This document shows, one piece after another, positions 1-10,594 of a DNA stretch of 20,000 nt. Origin of the DNA: Monosiga brevicollis MX1 (lineage: Eukaryota); the NCBI RefSeq assembly GCF_000002865.3, contig NW_001865089.1, forward strand, positions 70,286 to 90,285, given 5' to 3'. Both the position numbers and the translations under genes were made by a program. Every line of letters starts with the position of its first letter. The first letter of the stretch is position 1. The notes under the pieces were generated by a model. The model did no database searches, was not told where the DNA came from, and saw nothing but the letters and a program-made list of their open reading frames with translations.

Positions 1-3000
1 GCGCCATCGTCCTCGTGCTGACTTTGCTTGCCATTGCCACACGATTCCTCACCCTCTTGTGCTCGCACCCAACGACATAGAGCTTGGTGATTGAGAGCAC
101 CACTTCCTCACCGCTTCGCCTCCGTGGCCTTGAACAAGATGCCCCGGCCCTTGCAGCCATCCTCTACGATGCTCTCCGCAACATCTACCTCGTTGGCGAT
201 GTTCGGTGCGTGCTTGAGCCGGAGCGGTACCGCCTTGCTCGCCTGGCTTGCACTGCTTAGACGCAGCCATCATCCTCTATCTCCCCCCAAACTCCTAATC
301 TGCTTCTTTTGTATTTGTTTTTGTTGCAGCTGTGTTTTCTCCTGCCCACTTCAGGTTCAGCCACCGGCCGATCAAGATGTGTCGCAGCGCCAGGACGTCG
401 ACTGTGGTCAGTGACGCTGCCAGCTATCCCGAGCCGATTATGGCCTGCTGCAGGACGTGTCGAAGCTGCGCCTTGCTCTCATGCCACGCCCATCCACCTG
501 TGATCTAGCCGCTTTTTTGCCCGCTTACCAGCACGCGTGCAAATATCATGGGCTGACGCCGCAGCAGCTCACGGTCCAAAAAATTGTGGGCCGATACCAA
601 GCCTCGCGCACTCGTACTCTGGATGGCCTGGACTTTATGGCCATGTCACTCACGTGCGTTTTCGTGTGCGTTTTGACACTCTGCTCTTGTTGCATTGCCT
701 CACATTGCTGACATGTGCGCCCCACATCTTGCAGGAGCTCTCCCGCCATCGTCACGGCCTTGCACGTTAACCCGTGGTTCACCACACTCAAGCTGAATGA
801 CCTCAAGATGGTTTGTTAAATCTTGTACTCACGCGTTGTGCCCTTGCCCAGTTCTTGTGGCAACGCGAACCCTTGCATCTGGGTGGTTTACGTTATCTCC
901 TGATTGTCTCACGTATGTTCCGGATCTGGCTTACCCAGAGCCCAGCGACGCTGGATAGCCTGGCCATGCTTGCCCTCCGCAACAACACGCTGCAAACCAT
1001 CGAGATGCGCAACCTCAGCTCCGCCGACAGCAAATTCTGGGGCAAATTCCTCGGAAACCTCAAGAACAACCCGCGCCTCAGCATTCAAGACTTTGACTTT
1101 TCTCAGAACAAGTGCGTCGTCATCACCCCATCTCACGCGCCATCCATGACTGTGCTGATTGTCAAATACCAAGTCCATCTTCTAGACGCATTTCTTGGTC
1201 CGCGTACATAATCTCATTGTGCGTTCTGTTGGGTATCTAGTCTGGGTGACCCCTTGGTCACAGCCTTTGCTGATAGCGCACGCACCTTTGTCTTGGGTGT
1301 GCGGCGTTTGCGCATGGTCAACGTTTCCATGTCCACGAAGGTATTTGCTTCGCTCTCGCTCTCGCTCTCTCTCTCTCTTTTTTTTTTTTTTTTTTTTTTC
1401 TTTTGTCTCTTGCTACCTTCCTTCGACGGGACACTGCCGATGGCATCATGCTTTGTCTTCTCTCCTCTGTTTATGGCGTCTGCTCTCAGGGGGCCATGGT
1501 CTTGGCGATTGCACTCCGCAAGAATCCATCTTCCGCATCTGGTCTCCAGCTGATTGACATTAGCGAAAATCCCACCATTGGCCACGAGGGTGTTATTGGC
1601 CTGATTGACATGCTGTTGCAGGCCAACATACTGCAGTCAGTCAACGTCAACAACACGGGTGCCGTGGTTGAATCCATTCTCATGACCATGGCCAAGGCCA
1701 TTTGCACCCACCTCACCCACCTCGATTTGGGTAACAATAAATTTGCCAGCAAGTGCGTGATGCTCGCTTGTGGCCATCGGACCAACAGCGCTTCAAGGGC
1801 GTCGGAGGCCATTCTCATACTCTAGTCTCAATGATCCTCTTTTAATAGGAAAGCAGGTCGTCCTCAACCTCAGCTGGTCAAATTTCTCGAGCATGCGCCC
1901 GTCATTCAGAGCCTCTGCCTCAATGGCGTTAAGCTGCCTTCCGTGGCGCTCAAGTTTCTTCTTGATAGCCTGAGCGTCAACGTTCTCCTCACCGTGCGTA
2001 GTCTGAGCTGCCGCATCACGCCCACCCGTACCCTGGCATTGTGGCCAGCTTGTTCACGCTGCCGATCCTTTTAGAACTTGGAATTAGGATTGGCGAATTG
2101 TGACTTGGGGGTTTCCGAGTCAGCCTCGGTCATCCACATGGCACTGCCCAAGTTGACCACAATCGGCAAGCTGGACTTTAGCCAGAATGGTACGCCGCTC
2201 GACCCGTTTGACGCACCACATCTCAGCATATGGCCTCTTGCATGCACCCTCATGTCTTTACTCTTAAAACTCGAATAGAATTCAGCGACGATGACATGGC
2301 CAAAATCATCGGAGCCGCCGCCGCCAACAGCGCGACACTCAACAGTCTTGTTCTGGACGAGAATCTGAGCCGGGCTCGCACCTCGCAGCGCTCGATGCTT
2401 GCCCTCCGCTCCCTCTTCGAAGGCAGCTATAAGGTTGGTGGTGCCGTGCTTGACGCACAGCCTGGAAGTCATTGAAGCGTTGTTTGTCAACTTGTAGTGG
2501 GTGCCGCCGCCTTTTTTACTCTACTCACATGGTTTATGCATCGCATCCCTATTTTCTTAGGGCCTCCGCCACCTGAGTCTGAAGGACATGAAGCTGAAGC
2601 AGGATTTGGTGAATCTGTTTCCTAGCCTCAGCGAGAACACCTCGATTGAGCATCTGGACATTCGGGGCAACCATGTTGGAGACGCGGGCGCCTCTGCCCT
2701 TGCCGTCACGCTCAACTACAACAAGGCGCTTCGACGCATTGATCTGGATGACAATGGCATCTCGCACATTGGGTTTATGGAGTTGGCCAATGCGCTGGAG
2801 AACAATGTCGTAATGCAGGATTTGCCCATGCCGCTCCTGGATATCACGGCCAGCATGAGCCGCAATCAAGCCGAGACCGTCGCTGCTGTACATCGAATTC
2901 AGCTGGCTCTGGCCCGTAACCATTCCCCTGCCCGCCAAATGATTGGACAGGTTACGGTCGATCCAGAAGAGGCAGGTGCACAGGACGAGCGTTGGTTGCA

Positions 3001-5973
3001 CTCCTTGGTCGAAGCCCTGCAATCCACGGCCTCATTTGCACCAGAGGACCGCATTGCCGGGGACGAGGCGCTTTTGCGGGCCCAGAAAGCGGTCCAAGCC
3101 ACGCGTGCCGGCGTTGAGCGGCAGGCCTCTCTTCTCAAAGCTCAAGAGGCTCTGGTTGCAGAGCAGGCATCCTCGCTGGCTCGTGGCTTGGAGTCAGTGC
3201 TCGTACAAGCCCTCGAGAAGAACACGGGTGAGATTGTGGCGCTTCTCGCGGCAGAGAGTGGGACTGATCCTGCAGTGCTGCGCCAAGCTGCACACTACCA
3301 GCATGCCGACATCTGTCGTCGCCTTGTGACCGAGGTCATCGAGGAGGGCGTGCGCCCAACCCTCACTGCCGCACTAGGCCAGCAGCTTGAAACCTTCACG
3401 CAAAAGGCCATTTTGGAGATCCTGGGTGCGGCCGGTCAAGAAGTGAGCCGCGTGTTGGACGCCCGCAAGACTGGCACTGCCTTGGCCGCCCGTGCAGCGC
3501 ACACCAAAGCCTCTCCCGCTAAAGAGGCCCCACCGCCAAGCGCAGCCAAGCCTACAGAGGCCAAGGCTTCGCCTACACCGGCTCGCCGGGCGCGTGCAGC
3601 TGACGCGGCTCTGAAAGCCAAGCAGCGTGTCTCCACGCTTCAGGACTCGCAGACATCCGAAACACCGGAAGTATCGCGCAGTGCCGTGCTTGTGAGCACG
3701 AGCGCCGACCCCGACGACGTTGAAGAAGGTGGCATTGATATCGACGCTGGCCCTGCCGCCGCGGGGGCAGCAAATGCAGGCCCAAGCTTGACACACCACA
3801 CCAAGGGCCGACCCAAAGTGCAGGTGCGCCCGTTGCCGCTTGTCTCAGGATCTTGTTATTATCGTGTGTCGTGCCATTCTTCTGTCTTCTGAAGGTGACA
3901 TCTGAAGGTGACATCTGGTCTTCTTGCCTGGGCCTTCAAGAACAGCCATGTTATCGGGCTCTGGCTGCACTCACTGTACAATTTGCTCTTTCCAACTGTG
4001 GCCAATTTGTGCAGGGAAAGCGGCCACCAACGCGCAAGCCACGGTCCAATGCATCATCACGCCATGCCAGTACCACGCCCTCATTGAGTGCTTCAATTTT
4101 TGGTGAGCTTGAGGAGAGCACTGAAGTTGATACAGCCGGCCCGACATCACAGCCAGTCGTAGCAAGGGCACCGCCGCCAAGTCGGGCAGCCCCGCAGCTG
4201 GCAATGAAACCACCTTCTTCAACACCGGGTGTAGCTGCTACGTCACCCACCCCTGCCCCACGTGCCGCCCCACGTGTGCAGAAGGAAGACGAGGTCGAGG
4301 CATCCAGTCCGGCCGAGCCCAAAGAATCGAATGGAGGCAGCGACGCTGGTGAAACCTCGAGCCCCAGTAAAGACGTCAAGGACGTCAAGGGGGGCAAGCG
4401 CCTGCTAGGTGGCCTGTTTCGCCGACGCAGCAAGGATCTTTTGGCTGGATCAGAAGAAGTTGCTGTTGATGACGCAGAAGAGGACCAATCAGAGCCTCCC
4501 AAGGAGTCAGCGGTCGATACGCCAGAAGCTGACGCTTCGGCCCCCGCGGAGAGGGCGGAGGACAAAATGACCAAGGAAGACGGCGAGCGCGAGGCAATTG
4601 TTCCCAAACCACGCCCCCGCCCACCCCCGCCATCTGGTGCGCCACCACCTCAAGCTACGCCAGAGGCGGCACCCAAGGCCGAGCGAACCAAGCCTGTTGG
4701 CGGTGTGGCCATGGGCTTTGTTCCTACCAAAGGTGAGTTTGTGCATTGGTGTATGTGATTGTGTTCGTGCCGCTGCAGAGGTTGCTTGTGCTCATCTGAC
4801 TGGTGCATAGATATGCTTTCAAGAGTGCGGTCGGCAAGCGTGAAACGGCGTTCTGCTACAAGTTCCGAGGAAGCTGATGCGAATCAGGGCGCGGCGCAAC
4901 AAGAGCCAACTTCTGAGCCGGTCAAGGTCTTGAATGTGGCTGGGCTACCCCAAGGCGAGTCAACGGTTGACGAAGTAGCACCGGTACCGGTTGCCAAGCC
5001 CCGGCCAGAAGCACCAGCAAGTGAAGTCGCCAAGCCGAAGACAGAACCTGTTGATGCCGAAGCACCAACAGCCGACTCTTCAGCAGCAGCCAAGCCGCCC
5101 GTGGTAGAGCCGCCGGCAGCCAAGCCGCCCGTGGTAGAGCCACCAGCAGCCAAGCCGCCCGTGGTAGAGCCGCCGGCAGCCAAGCCGCCCGTGGTAGAGC
5201 CACCAGCAGCCAAGCCGCCCGTGGTAGAGCCACCAGCAGCCAAGCCGCCCCTGGTGGAGCCACCAGCAGCCAAGCCGCCCGTGGTGGAGCCGCCAGCAGC
5301 CAAGCCGCCCGTGGTAGAGCCACCAGCAGCCAAGCCGCCCGTGGTAGAGCCACCAGCAGCCAAGCCGCCCCTGGTGGAGCCACCAGCAGCCAAGCCGCCC
5401 GTGGTGGAGCCACCAGCAGCCAAGCCGCCCGTGGTAGAGCCACCAGCAGCCAAGCCGCCCGTGGTCGAGCCCACGGCTACCCAGGGGGCCGAACTCGAGG
5501 CGATCCCTGCCCCAGCGAAAAATATGGATGATACTTTGTCTGAAGAGACGTCTGACAATGGAGTGACGGCAGAAGACGCAGCGCTGGCTGAGGACGAAGA
5601 ACCTGCAGCGGCGGATGTGGAGGATGAGGAAAATGAAGACGATGAAAACGGTGAAGACGGTGAAGATGACGATGCTTGGGGTGAAGAGGAGCTGGCACTG
5701 GACGCCCCGGTACCCGAACCCGCGCCGCGTGGAGCTCAAGCAGCCGTTGCTGCCATGGAAGGGGATGCTCAAGCCGACGAATCCGCCGCTGCGCCACCTC
5801 CGCCTCGACGTTCGTCGAGCCTTAGTCAGGCCAGCGTTCCTCGTGCAAAGCCACGACCATCTGGCCCCGGGGTCGCACCCAAGGCCAAGCCTAAACCTCA
5901 GCCCCCAGCCCCTAAAGCCAAGGTCGCGCCGCCCGCACCAACGCCCAAGCCCAAGCCCAAGCCCACTCCATAG
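1..5973 (+). CDS. CARMIL: CARMIL / LRRC16-family capping-protein regulator (PH-LRR-helical-CPI-Pro-rich), multi-exon, 5' end outside the window
   Basis: Exons translate to AFLPAYQHACKYHG...SRTRTLDGLDF...AIVTALHVNPWFTTLKLNDLKM, which resembles the CARMIL LRR N-cap (human TRELNLQDF...AALEYNQWFTKL). RI-like LRRs follow (LQLIDISENPTIG, LTHLDLGNNKF, IEHLDIRGNHVGDAGASALA, LRRIDLDDNGIS). The CPI motif LTHHTKGRPKVQ|GKRPP is joined across intron 3824-4014, another intron lies at 4733-4810, and the stop TAG is at 5971-5973. The first visible exon is about 81-205. Early exon boundaries were not all resolved. Confidence 0.9.
5086..5475 (+). repeat. Coding minisatellite, 13 x 30 bp, encoding (AAKPP[V/L]VEPP)13
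   Basis: caagccgccc recurs every 30 nt from 5091 to 5451, in frame in the last CARMIL exon. Confidence 0.97.
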
Positions 5974-6407
5974 TCATGCGTGTCCGCCTAGTCTTCAACT
6001 GGATGTGTGAGGCGCTGTGCCACCTTGTCTGCTTTGCGAGTCATGTGCCCGCTTGAGGGGTGTATGCCGATTGGCTGTTTGTGCAAATTTCCATGTTAAT
6101 TTGATTTTTAGAAGCAATGTTTATGTCTCCTATCAGGCTTCTGAACAAGCAGAGTCAAAGAATATCCAAAAGGTAACAAAGGGTGGAAAATAGTCCACAC
6201 ACACAGAGAGACAAGCGCGCAGACGAGGCGCAAGAGCTTTTGCAGGGAGGGGTTCTATTAGGCTGCATCTATACATACGAAGGGCAGGCTCTAGGGCATG
6301 CTCGCTTATATTTACGATTCACTGTCTTCTAGGGTGCCCGAGAGGCCCGAGTCTGTGGGCTGAGCGAGGAGAGATAGCGGTGCGCCTGGAAAAGTGGCAG
6401 ACATGAG

Positions 6408-7762
6408 TCATGGCAACGTATTCATTTGGGAGGGGGAACTCTCGGAGCGGGGTGATACAAGACTCAAAGCCTCACCAGAGTACGGAATAGTATTTTGGGG
6501 TGGGGTGACCATGACCATGTTGGGTGCCGGCGAAGTAACAGGAAGCGAGGAAAATTGCATGTTGGCGAAACCGGCCATGGCATAGGGTTCTAAATTCAGC
6601 CGTTGCGCGCAATTGGAATTGACAGGGTGAGGTGAGAGACCTGAGGGAGCACGCGTGGCATGCACAGTGAAGGTGGCGCAGCGCACCAGGGGTCTGTCCT
6701 GTCATGGAATAATGCTGGCGCGAGTTGAGGATAGCAGATGCGCTGGGCTCCAGGGGCGTGTCCAGACGCGAGTCTGCGGCGAGACAGTACAGAAACCGTG
6801 GGTGAGAAGCGACGTTGGGCAATATGACAATGTTGGTGTTTGAGAGCGTGCGTGGTTGGTGTGCAGAGGGAACAGACCGTGTGCAGGAATGTGACTCGAG
6901 TCGAGATCTGGGCTTGCGCTATCTAGGCGCGCATGTCGACCGGCAAAGCCAGCCGCATCATCGATATCGTCGTCACTTCGAGTTTCGTTGAGGGAATCAT
7001 CAGCGCTCATGGCTTCGGACGCGGGGGTAGCAAGTCGGCTGAGCTCGAGGTCAGACACCTGGCGCAAGGTGGAACGGCGCGGGCGGGACCCGTCATCGTC
7101 CTCCTCATATGCCGACTGAAGATTGTTGACCAAGTCTTCAAAGGTGGTTATGGCATGTTCGACGCGGTTATTCTCAATTGGATCCACCTAAAGGCAAACG
7201 AAAAGTCCAAGGACCGCATGAATGGGGCGTGTCAGGCAAATCATCCTTCATCACGCCCAGAGAGGGCGACAAGATCGCGCGCGATTTGGAACGGCGTGGA
7301 CTGGAAGGGGGGGCGGCAGAAAAGGAGAGAGGGAGAGAGAGGGGGCGGGGACGTACCAGGTCAAGATCCAGCATTTGAGGCTGTAGGGTGTAGCTGGGGC
7401 GGCGGCTGACGTCGTTTTTGGGAGGGTTGGCGATGATCTTGTTGGTGCTGCGCATGAGTCGACGATGCATGATAAAAAGGGCAACGTTGGCCATAAAGAG
7501 GATACTACAGGTGACGGCAAGGCCAACAGCAGCTGCCTTCCAGGCTTCCAACCCACTCGTGTCACATTGTTCTGCGGATACAGTCATGGACAGTGAGGTG
7601 TAACCTCGCCGGCGACAGAGGCGCCAAACACGGGGTGAGAACGAGCAGGTGCGTACCAACAACAACTTGCGCATCCTCGCCAAGGCCATGGGTGGAGGCG
7701 ATCAAGGCAGCGAAAGCAACCGAGATGGGCAAAGCGGAGGAAGGGATGGTCAGCAGAGACAT
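6408..7762 (-). CDS. Hypothetical type I single-pass membrane protein with a very short ectodomain and a Ser/Asp/Tyr-containing disordered cytoplasmic tail, multi-exon
   Basis: Predicted exons: 7762-7657 (signal-like MSLLTIPSSALPISVAFAALIASTHG), 7571-7357 (EQCDTSGLEAWK, TM AAAVGLAVTCSILFMANVALFIM, then HRR), 7187-6878 (VDPIENNRVEH...YEEDDD...), about 6772-6687 and about 6589-6408 (EPYAMAGF...MNTLP*). All junctions are GT-AG and phase-compatible. The last two junctions are less certain. Confidence 0.6.
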
Positions 7763-8640
7763 GTTGGTCGACGCAGATGGCCCGATGGGCAATGATCCGA
7801 GCAGGTCGCGCGGGCAAGGGGACCGTCAGAACGGGCTGTGGGGAAAGGCAAAGTACAATCTGCGGATCTAAATTCTCGGGAGCACTCGGAGAAAGAGATC
7901 CAGGAGAGGAGTTCCAGCCCTGAGGCGGTGGCGTGCGTGGGTCAGCAGGGGAACTGCGAGTTCGGAGGGGGTCGCTTGTGCTGACGACCTCGGGCCTTGT
8001 TTGCTACAACAAAGGCCCCAGCGTTGTCCTGACTGTGTCTCTCTGGCCGAGGGGACACCATGGGAATCAAGGCCTGGCGGACACAGCACCGCAGGAAGGG
8101 GCACAGCATTGAGGCGTTGGGGTACAACGATGCGTGGCATGCGGCGGACCGCTCCCCACTCTTCACATTTGCAAGCATGCAAGTAAATCATCAACAGTAG
8201 TATACAACAGCTGTTTTGAGCGTAATTACATCGTGACCTAGAATGGCACGAAATGGGATGAACGTGCTGACATGACGCCGGACCACACACGCATGACGCG
8301 TTTAGCACACATGGCGTTTCTTGGACAATGATAATACAACGTAAAAGCACCACACGTGAAGGATGTATCGTTTATACGTATGTCATCGGACGTATTTGTT
8401 CTGTCCCTCATCCAAGGGTCACAACCCATAACAACGGTTACTACGAAACAATCTGCACAAACTTACAATCGAAAGATTAGGCCGCCTGCAGAAACTCTTC
8501 GAACAGCTGCGATAACTTTGGGGGCGTTGATCCACGTCGAAAAAGAAGTGTGTGTTACGTTTTGATCGATCGGCTGAAGGGCAGCGCGATCGCCACCGCC
8601 GCCAGCGGGATAAGCAAGTACACCTGTGGTCTTCTGCTTG

Positions 8641-8641
<1 letters not shown>

Positions 8642-8719
<78 letters not shown>

Positions 8720-8734
8720 CACACACACACACAC
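8642..8734. repeat. (CA)n microsatellite in a probable 5'-UTR intron (8618-8826) of the ion-channel gene
   Basis: About 46 CA units. Donor-like AA|GTACAC at 8618, branch-like CTCTAAC near 8782, acceptor TGCAG ending at 8826. Confidence 0.9.
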
Positions 8735-8853
8735 GCACGCGCGCGCGCACACTCGCACAAACTCGCACACGCCAACGTGTACTCTAACACGCGTGAACTA
8801 CACGTTGATGCGAAGACCTGATGCAGGAGAACTTGATCATCTTGCCGGCCATC

Positions 8854-10152
8854 ATGACGAAACAGAGCTCGTCGGACCTGGAGCATGCCGGGGCCAGCTT
8901 TACGAGCGTATTTCTGGGGCGTATGCACCCGCCGCTGCCGGAAGCAGATTTGGCCAAATACCGTGATCTGGTCTTGAAACACGAGATCCAGGTTGGGGAC
9001 CTGGCTGTCTTGGGTGTGGACGGTCTGCAGCAGTTGGGCATTAGCAATTTGGTGCATGCCGCACGCATCGCGGCAGCGGCACAGGGGGATGTGCGGTCGG
9101 ATCCTCCCAAGGTGGACGGCAAGCCGGTCGAGGTGCAGGCCAAGGTTGGCATCATCTCTTTTGGCCGCGTGGACACGGTGAGCCAGTCTGCGTATGTGCG
9201 CTTCTTCTTTGACTTGCACTGGATTGACCCGTCCATGATTGGTGCGGATCCCGCCAACGTGCCGCCCTACCTCTGGCGGCCAGATGCGTACGTGTTCAAC
9301 GCCACGGGCGACTATAACAAGACGGTGCATCCGGCCACGCTGTTGGACCCGGAACGGGGCCTGATGTTGCAGGCGCTGGAATTTGAAGCCACCTTTGACA
9401 ACCCCATGGATCTGCGCGATTTCCCCTTTGACTCGGATGCAGCGACCATCCACGTGATTGCCGTGGAGGAACAATCGGCCGAAGACTACGTCCTGCGACC
9501 CTGGTCCGAAGGGGAGGCCAACGCCACCAAGCTCTTCTTCGACCCCGAGTTTGTGGCCGAGTGGACCATCCGCGGACACAGCATTGACGGCTACGAGCTC
9601 ATGGGCGGCAACTCGATCCCCTACTCGCACATGCTCATTCACTTGCATTTGCAACGGCGCTCGTCCTTTTATCTCTGGAAGCTGGTCCTGCCGCTCTTTC
9701 TTTCCACTGTCTTCTGCTTCAGCAGCTTCTTCTTCGAGCCGGACAATCTGAGCGACCGCAATGCCACCTCGCTGACCATGTTTTTGGCCACGGCCGCCCT
9801 TCTCTTCGTCATTGGCAGCCTCCTGCCCAAGACAAGCTTCCTCACCCGCATCGACAAGTTTGTCATTGTGAGCCTGCTCGTGCAGTTTGTTGTTGCCGTT
9901 CTCTCCTGGGTCATCGCGGGCGGCTTTGGGGACATTGCCTCCCACCGGGTGGACAACATTGACCGCTACGGCCTGATCTTCCTCCCCACCTTTTACTTTA
10001 TGGCCACCCTCTTTTACTTTGCCCCGCCCCTGGTGCAGCACCTCCTTCTCAGCCCGACTGACCGTCCCGAATACCCCATGACCCACTTTCACGACGACAA
10101 GGTTGAACTTGGCTTTTACCCCTTTGTCATGTTTGAGAACATCTTCCTGTAA
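8854..10152 (+). CDS. Cys-less (Pro-loop) pentameric ligand-gated ion channel subunit, ELIC/GLIC-like, with an N-terminal SAM-like domain; intronless CDS
   Basis: Beta1-2 PVEVQAKVGIISFGRVDTVSQSAYVRFFFDLHWIDP; loop A LWRPD; Pro-loop MDLRDFPFD with no Cys; pre-M1 LQRRS; M1 FYLWKLVLPLFLSTVFCFSSFFF; M2 SDRNATSLTMFLATAALLFVI; M2-M3 LPKTSFLTRID; M3; short M3-M4 loop; M4 GLIFLPTFYFMATLFYF. The ORF opens at ATG 8821, but 8824-8826 looks like a splice acceptor, so ATG 8854 is preferred. Confidence 0.93.
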   Translation: MTKQSSSDLEHAGASFTSVFLGRMHPPLPEADLAKYRDLVLKHEIQVGDLAVLGVDGLQQLGISNLVHAARIAAAAQGDVRSDPPKVDGKPVEVQAKVGIISFGRVDTVSQSAYVRFFFDLHWIDPSMIGADPANVPPYLWRPDAYVFNATGDYNKTVHPATLLDPERGLMLQALEFEATFDNPMDLRDFPFDSDAATIHVIAVEEQSAEDYVLRPWSEGEANATKLFFDPEFVAEWTIRGHSIDGYELMGGNSIPYSHMLIHLHLQRRSSFYLWKLVLPLFLSTVFCFSSFFFEPDNLSDRNATSLTMFLATAALLFVIGSLLPKTSFLTRIDKFVIVSLLVQFVVAVLSWVIAGGFGDIASHRVDNIDRYGLIFLPTFYFMATLFYFAPPLVQHLLLSPTDRPEYPMTHFHDDKVELGFYPFVMFENIFL

Positions 10153-10594
10153 ATATATTTGCCCGTCTGAAGCTGCAGCCCCTCGCCTCAGTCAACGTTT
10201 GCTGCAGCGTTTTCGAGTGTCCCGAGCCCCCACCTCCCGCGGGAGAGCCCGCGTGTGTACATGAACGTCAACTCCCCCCCTACCCGGTTCAGCCTCAAAA
10301 TTCAAAACTCGTCTCTCCTCAGCTTCCCGCTCCTATTCTAAAATAACACTCCATAAAATATAACAGCAAATGGCATTTCAAGTTGAAGAGGAACTTTTAA
10401 CTTTATACACTTCATCTGTAACCGGCAGCGCGAGCCGTGACGAGCACTTCCGCTGGCTGGCTGGTGACGGTGGTGCTGGCTGTGGCGGTGTAGCGGTTGG
10501 CGGTGTAGCTGCTGCAGTTGGCGGTGCAGGAGTCTTGTCTGTGGGCGGGGTTGGCTTTGATACTCCCTGATTGTGGCCAAGTGGCACCTGCAAC

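Noticed and set aside
5086..5475. 30-bp repeat array as a possible CRISPR
   Set aside because: Head-to-tail repeats with no unique spacers, in frame within a eukaryotic exon.
3951..5797. Several minus-strand ORFs over the CARMIL tail
   Set aside because: Antisense readings of low-complexity and repeat coding sequence.
8356..8826. Possible TIR-like or signal-peptide exon upstream of the channel
   Set aside because: The phase-compatible upstream frame (LRFDRSAEGQRDRHRRQRDKQ) has a stop at 8528 and no ATG, and is not hydrophobic; treated as 5' UTR.
8419..10092. 557-aa minus-strand ORF
   Set aside because: Antisense shadow of the channel CDS, running into the (TG)n repeat; no recognisable motifs.
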